64,000 bases of DNA, taken from contig CAVYYP010000013.1 in assembly GCA_963772765.1 (NCBI GenBank), forward strand, positions 186,059 through 250,058, in the 5' to 3' direction. The translations under genes were made by a program, and so were the position numbers. Below are positions 62,249 to 64,000 of this stretch, in pieces. Each line of letters begins with the position of its first letter. The stretch's first letter is position 1. Source of the stretch: Candidatus Bathyarchaeota archaeon. GTDB lineage: Archaea; Thermoproteota; Bathyarchaeia; Bathyarchaeales; Bathyarchaeaceae. The notes below the pieces were generated by a model. That model saw only the letters and a list, made by a program, of their open reading frames with translations. It was not told the DNA's origin and searched no databases.

Positions 62249-63093
62249 TGGAACACGTTAATCTTCTTAGGTGGGCGAAACATCTTTTTCGCCTTTACGG
62301 ATTTTTTCCAAAGAAACGTTTTGGTCAAAATTTTACAATTGATTCAGAGCTTTTAGATAGGCTTGTGGCTCATGCTTCTTTGACTAAGGATGATGTTGTC
62401 TTAGAAGTTGGGGCTGGTTTTGGTTTTCTGACACCGCTTCTTTCTAGGGAATGTAAAAAGGTAATTGCAGTAGAAGTTGACAGTCAACTTGTAGCCTTTC
62501 TACAGAAACAACTTCACAGCTTAGAAAATGTAGAGTTAATAGAAGGCGACATTTTGGATGTTTCTCTTCCACCTTTTAATAAAGTGGTGTCTACTCCTCC
62601 ATATTCCATTTCGTCCCCTCTTCTTTTTAGAATTTTAGAATACAAATTTGATTCTGCAGTTTTGATATTTCAGAAAGAATTTGCTGAGAGATTGGCTGCT
62701 TCGGTTGGGACAAAAAATTACGGAAGACTGACAGTTAATATCTATTATCGTGCAGACGTGGAGCTATTGGATTATGTTCCCAGAAAGATGTTTTATCCTC
62801 CGCCAGATGTTGATTCTATGATTGTGCGTCTGACTCCGAAGGCTCCTCCTTTTCATGTGGCTGATGAAAAAATGTTTGCTGAAATTGTTCGAGTTCTCTT
62901 TACTCAGCGTAACAAAAAGGTAAGAAACTCTTTGATTCACTTCTTACGGCAATGTCAACTGCCCAAAAAAGAGGCTATAGCCTTAGCTGATTCAATGATA
63001 TATAGTGAAAAAAGAGTGCGTGAATTAGCTCCAGAAGACTTCGGAATATTAACAAACGAGTTGATCAAAAAGCTTTCAATTTCGTCGACCTAA
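62248..63093 (+). CDS. rsmA: 16S rRNA adenine dimethyltransferase RsmA/KsgA
   Basis: GQNF, LEVGAG.G, PPYSISS and QKEFAER motifs. Confidence 0.95.
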   Translation: MEHVNLLRWAKHLFRLYGFFPKKRFGQNFTIDSELLDRLVAHASLTKDDVVLEVGAGFGFLTPLLSRECKKVIAVEVDSQLVAFLQKQLHSLENVELIEGDILDVSLPPFNKVVSTPPYSISSPLLFRILEYKFDSAVLIFQKEFAERLAASVGTKNYGRLTVNIYYRADVELLDYVPRKMFYPPPDVDSMIVRLTPKAPPFHVADEKMFAEIVRVLFTQRNKKVRNSLIHFLRQCQLPKKEAIALADSMIYSEKRVRELAPEDFGILTNELIKKLSISST

Positions 63094-63247
63094 CCCACTA
63101 TTGTGAGTGATGTTATTTGCTTTTCGTAATGACACTCCGTAGAAATTGGCTTTTTTTCCGATTTTTCATAAATCTTTGTTCCATCTACAGAATAGTTTTT
63201 ATAATATCTGTTTAACTATCATCAGCAGAACAGACGAGGAACAGACA

Positions 63248-63745
63248 ATGAAGGCTCGTAATTATCGGGAGGTAAAAGGTCAAGCCTACACGCGGAAAAA
63301 GTACATCCGTGGATCTCCTGTATCAAAAATAGTGAAATTCACCATGGGCGATACCTCAGGTATCTACAAGTATCAAGCTCGATTAATTGCTGAAAGAGCA
63401 GTTCAAATTAGACACAATGCATTAGAAGCTGCACGTATAGCATCTAACAGGGTTCTCTCAGAAAAATTGGGAAGAAATTATCATTTGAAGGTATTACCTT
63501 ATCCTCATGTTGTGCTCCGAGAAAACAAAATGATTTTTGGGGCTCACGCAGACCGACTTCAAGACGGTATGAGAAATTCTTTTGGAAAAGCAATAGGACT
63601 TGCAGCACGTGTAAAACCTGGTCAATCACTTATACTAGCTGATATAAACGAGGACGGTCTTGAAGCTGCAACAATGGCGCTCAAACGAGGAGGCGCCAAA
63701 CTACCTACACCCTGTCACGTAGTAATCAAGAAACTTGAGGATTAG
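63248..63745 (+). CDS. rpl10e: 50S ribosomal protein L16/L10e
   Basis: QIRHNALEAAR and ADRLQDGMR motifs. Confidence 0.95.
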   Translation: MKARNYREVKGQAYTRKKYIRGSPVSKIVKFTMGDTSGIYKYQARLIAERAVQIRHNALEAARIASNRVLSEKLGRNYHLKVLPYPHVVLRENKMIFGAHADRLQDGMRNSFGKAIGLAARVKPGQSLILADINEDGLEAATMALKRGGAKLPTPCHVVIKKLED

Positions 63746-63862
63746 TTGAGGGAGTATAGATTTGCATGTGTCTAGCCATAAGGGCGGGACTTGCAAGAAC
63801 ACGATACTCCTTTCTTTGTTTGATATTCATAATCTAATCAATGGAAATTATGGGGTTTGAAA

Positions 63863-64000
63863 TTGGTTTCTGAAAATTTGATAGTAAATATCGAAGAAAA
63901 AATTGCTGCTGATGGACGTTTTACTGGTGGAAAAGGAGCTAACCTAGCTAAACTGTTCCATATTCTCGGAAAAGATAATGTTCCATATGCAGTAATGGTC
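63863..64000 (+). CDS. PEP/pyruvate-binding-domain protein (PEP synthase-like), 5' partial
   Basis: Read manually: MVSENLIVNIEEKIAADGRFTGGKGANLAKL, with the GGKGANL motif. Confidence 0.75.
   Translation, partial: MVSENLIVNIEEKIAADGRFTGGKGANLAKLFHILGKDNVPYAVMV

Overview
Archaeal core-chromosome window, most likely Bathyarchaeia or a related TACK lineage. This is inferred from PolD occurring together with Elf1, Alba, a ferredoxin-type Rpo3 and frequent TTG/GTG starts. It contains the S13-S4-S11-rpo3-L18e-L13-S9-rpo10-eno cluster, moeA x2, agmatinase, porGDAB, trpEGDCFBA, nadACB, eIF5A-dys, the srp54-pus10-L21e-rpo4-DUF655-rsmA-L10e cluster, tRNA-Leu(CAG) and an intron-containing tRNA-Ser(CGA). 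A replication origin (three ORB boxes plus an AT-rich DUE) lies next to orc1/cdc6, between the DP1 and DP2 genes. Most interesting: (1) an origin-proximal module in which two dense arrays of a GTGAYRTCAC palindrome flank a Tfx-like HTH gene and precede a membrane-anchored coiled-coil winged-helix protein, a candidate undescribed origin-tethering or segregation system, with a stand-alone NurA-HerA pair beside it; (2) a tRNA-Leu-adjacent islet pairing an AblA-like lysine 2,3-aminomutase with an EctA-type rather than AblB-type acetyltransferase; (3) apparent CTG/ATA start codons, including in cdc6. Six single-base frameshifts in conserved genes are probably sequencing errors. All family assignments come from motif recognition by eye, not from database searches.
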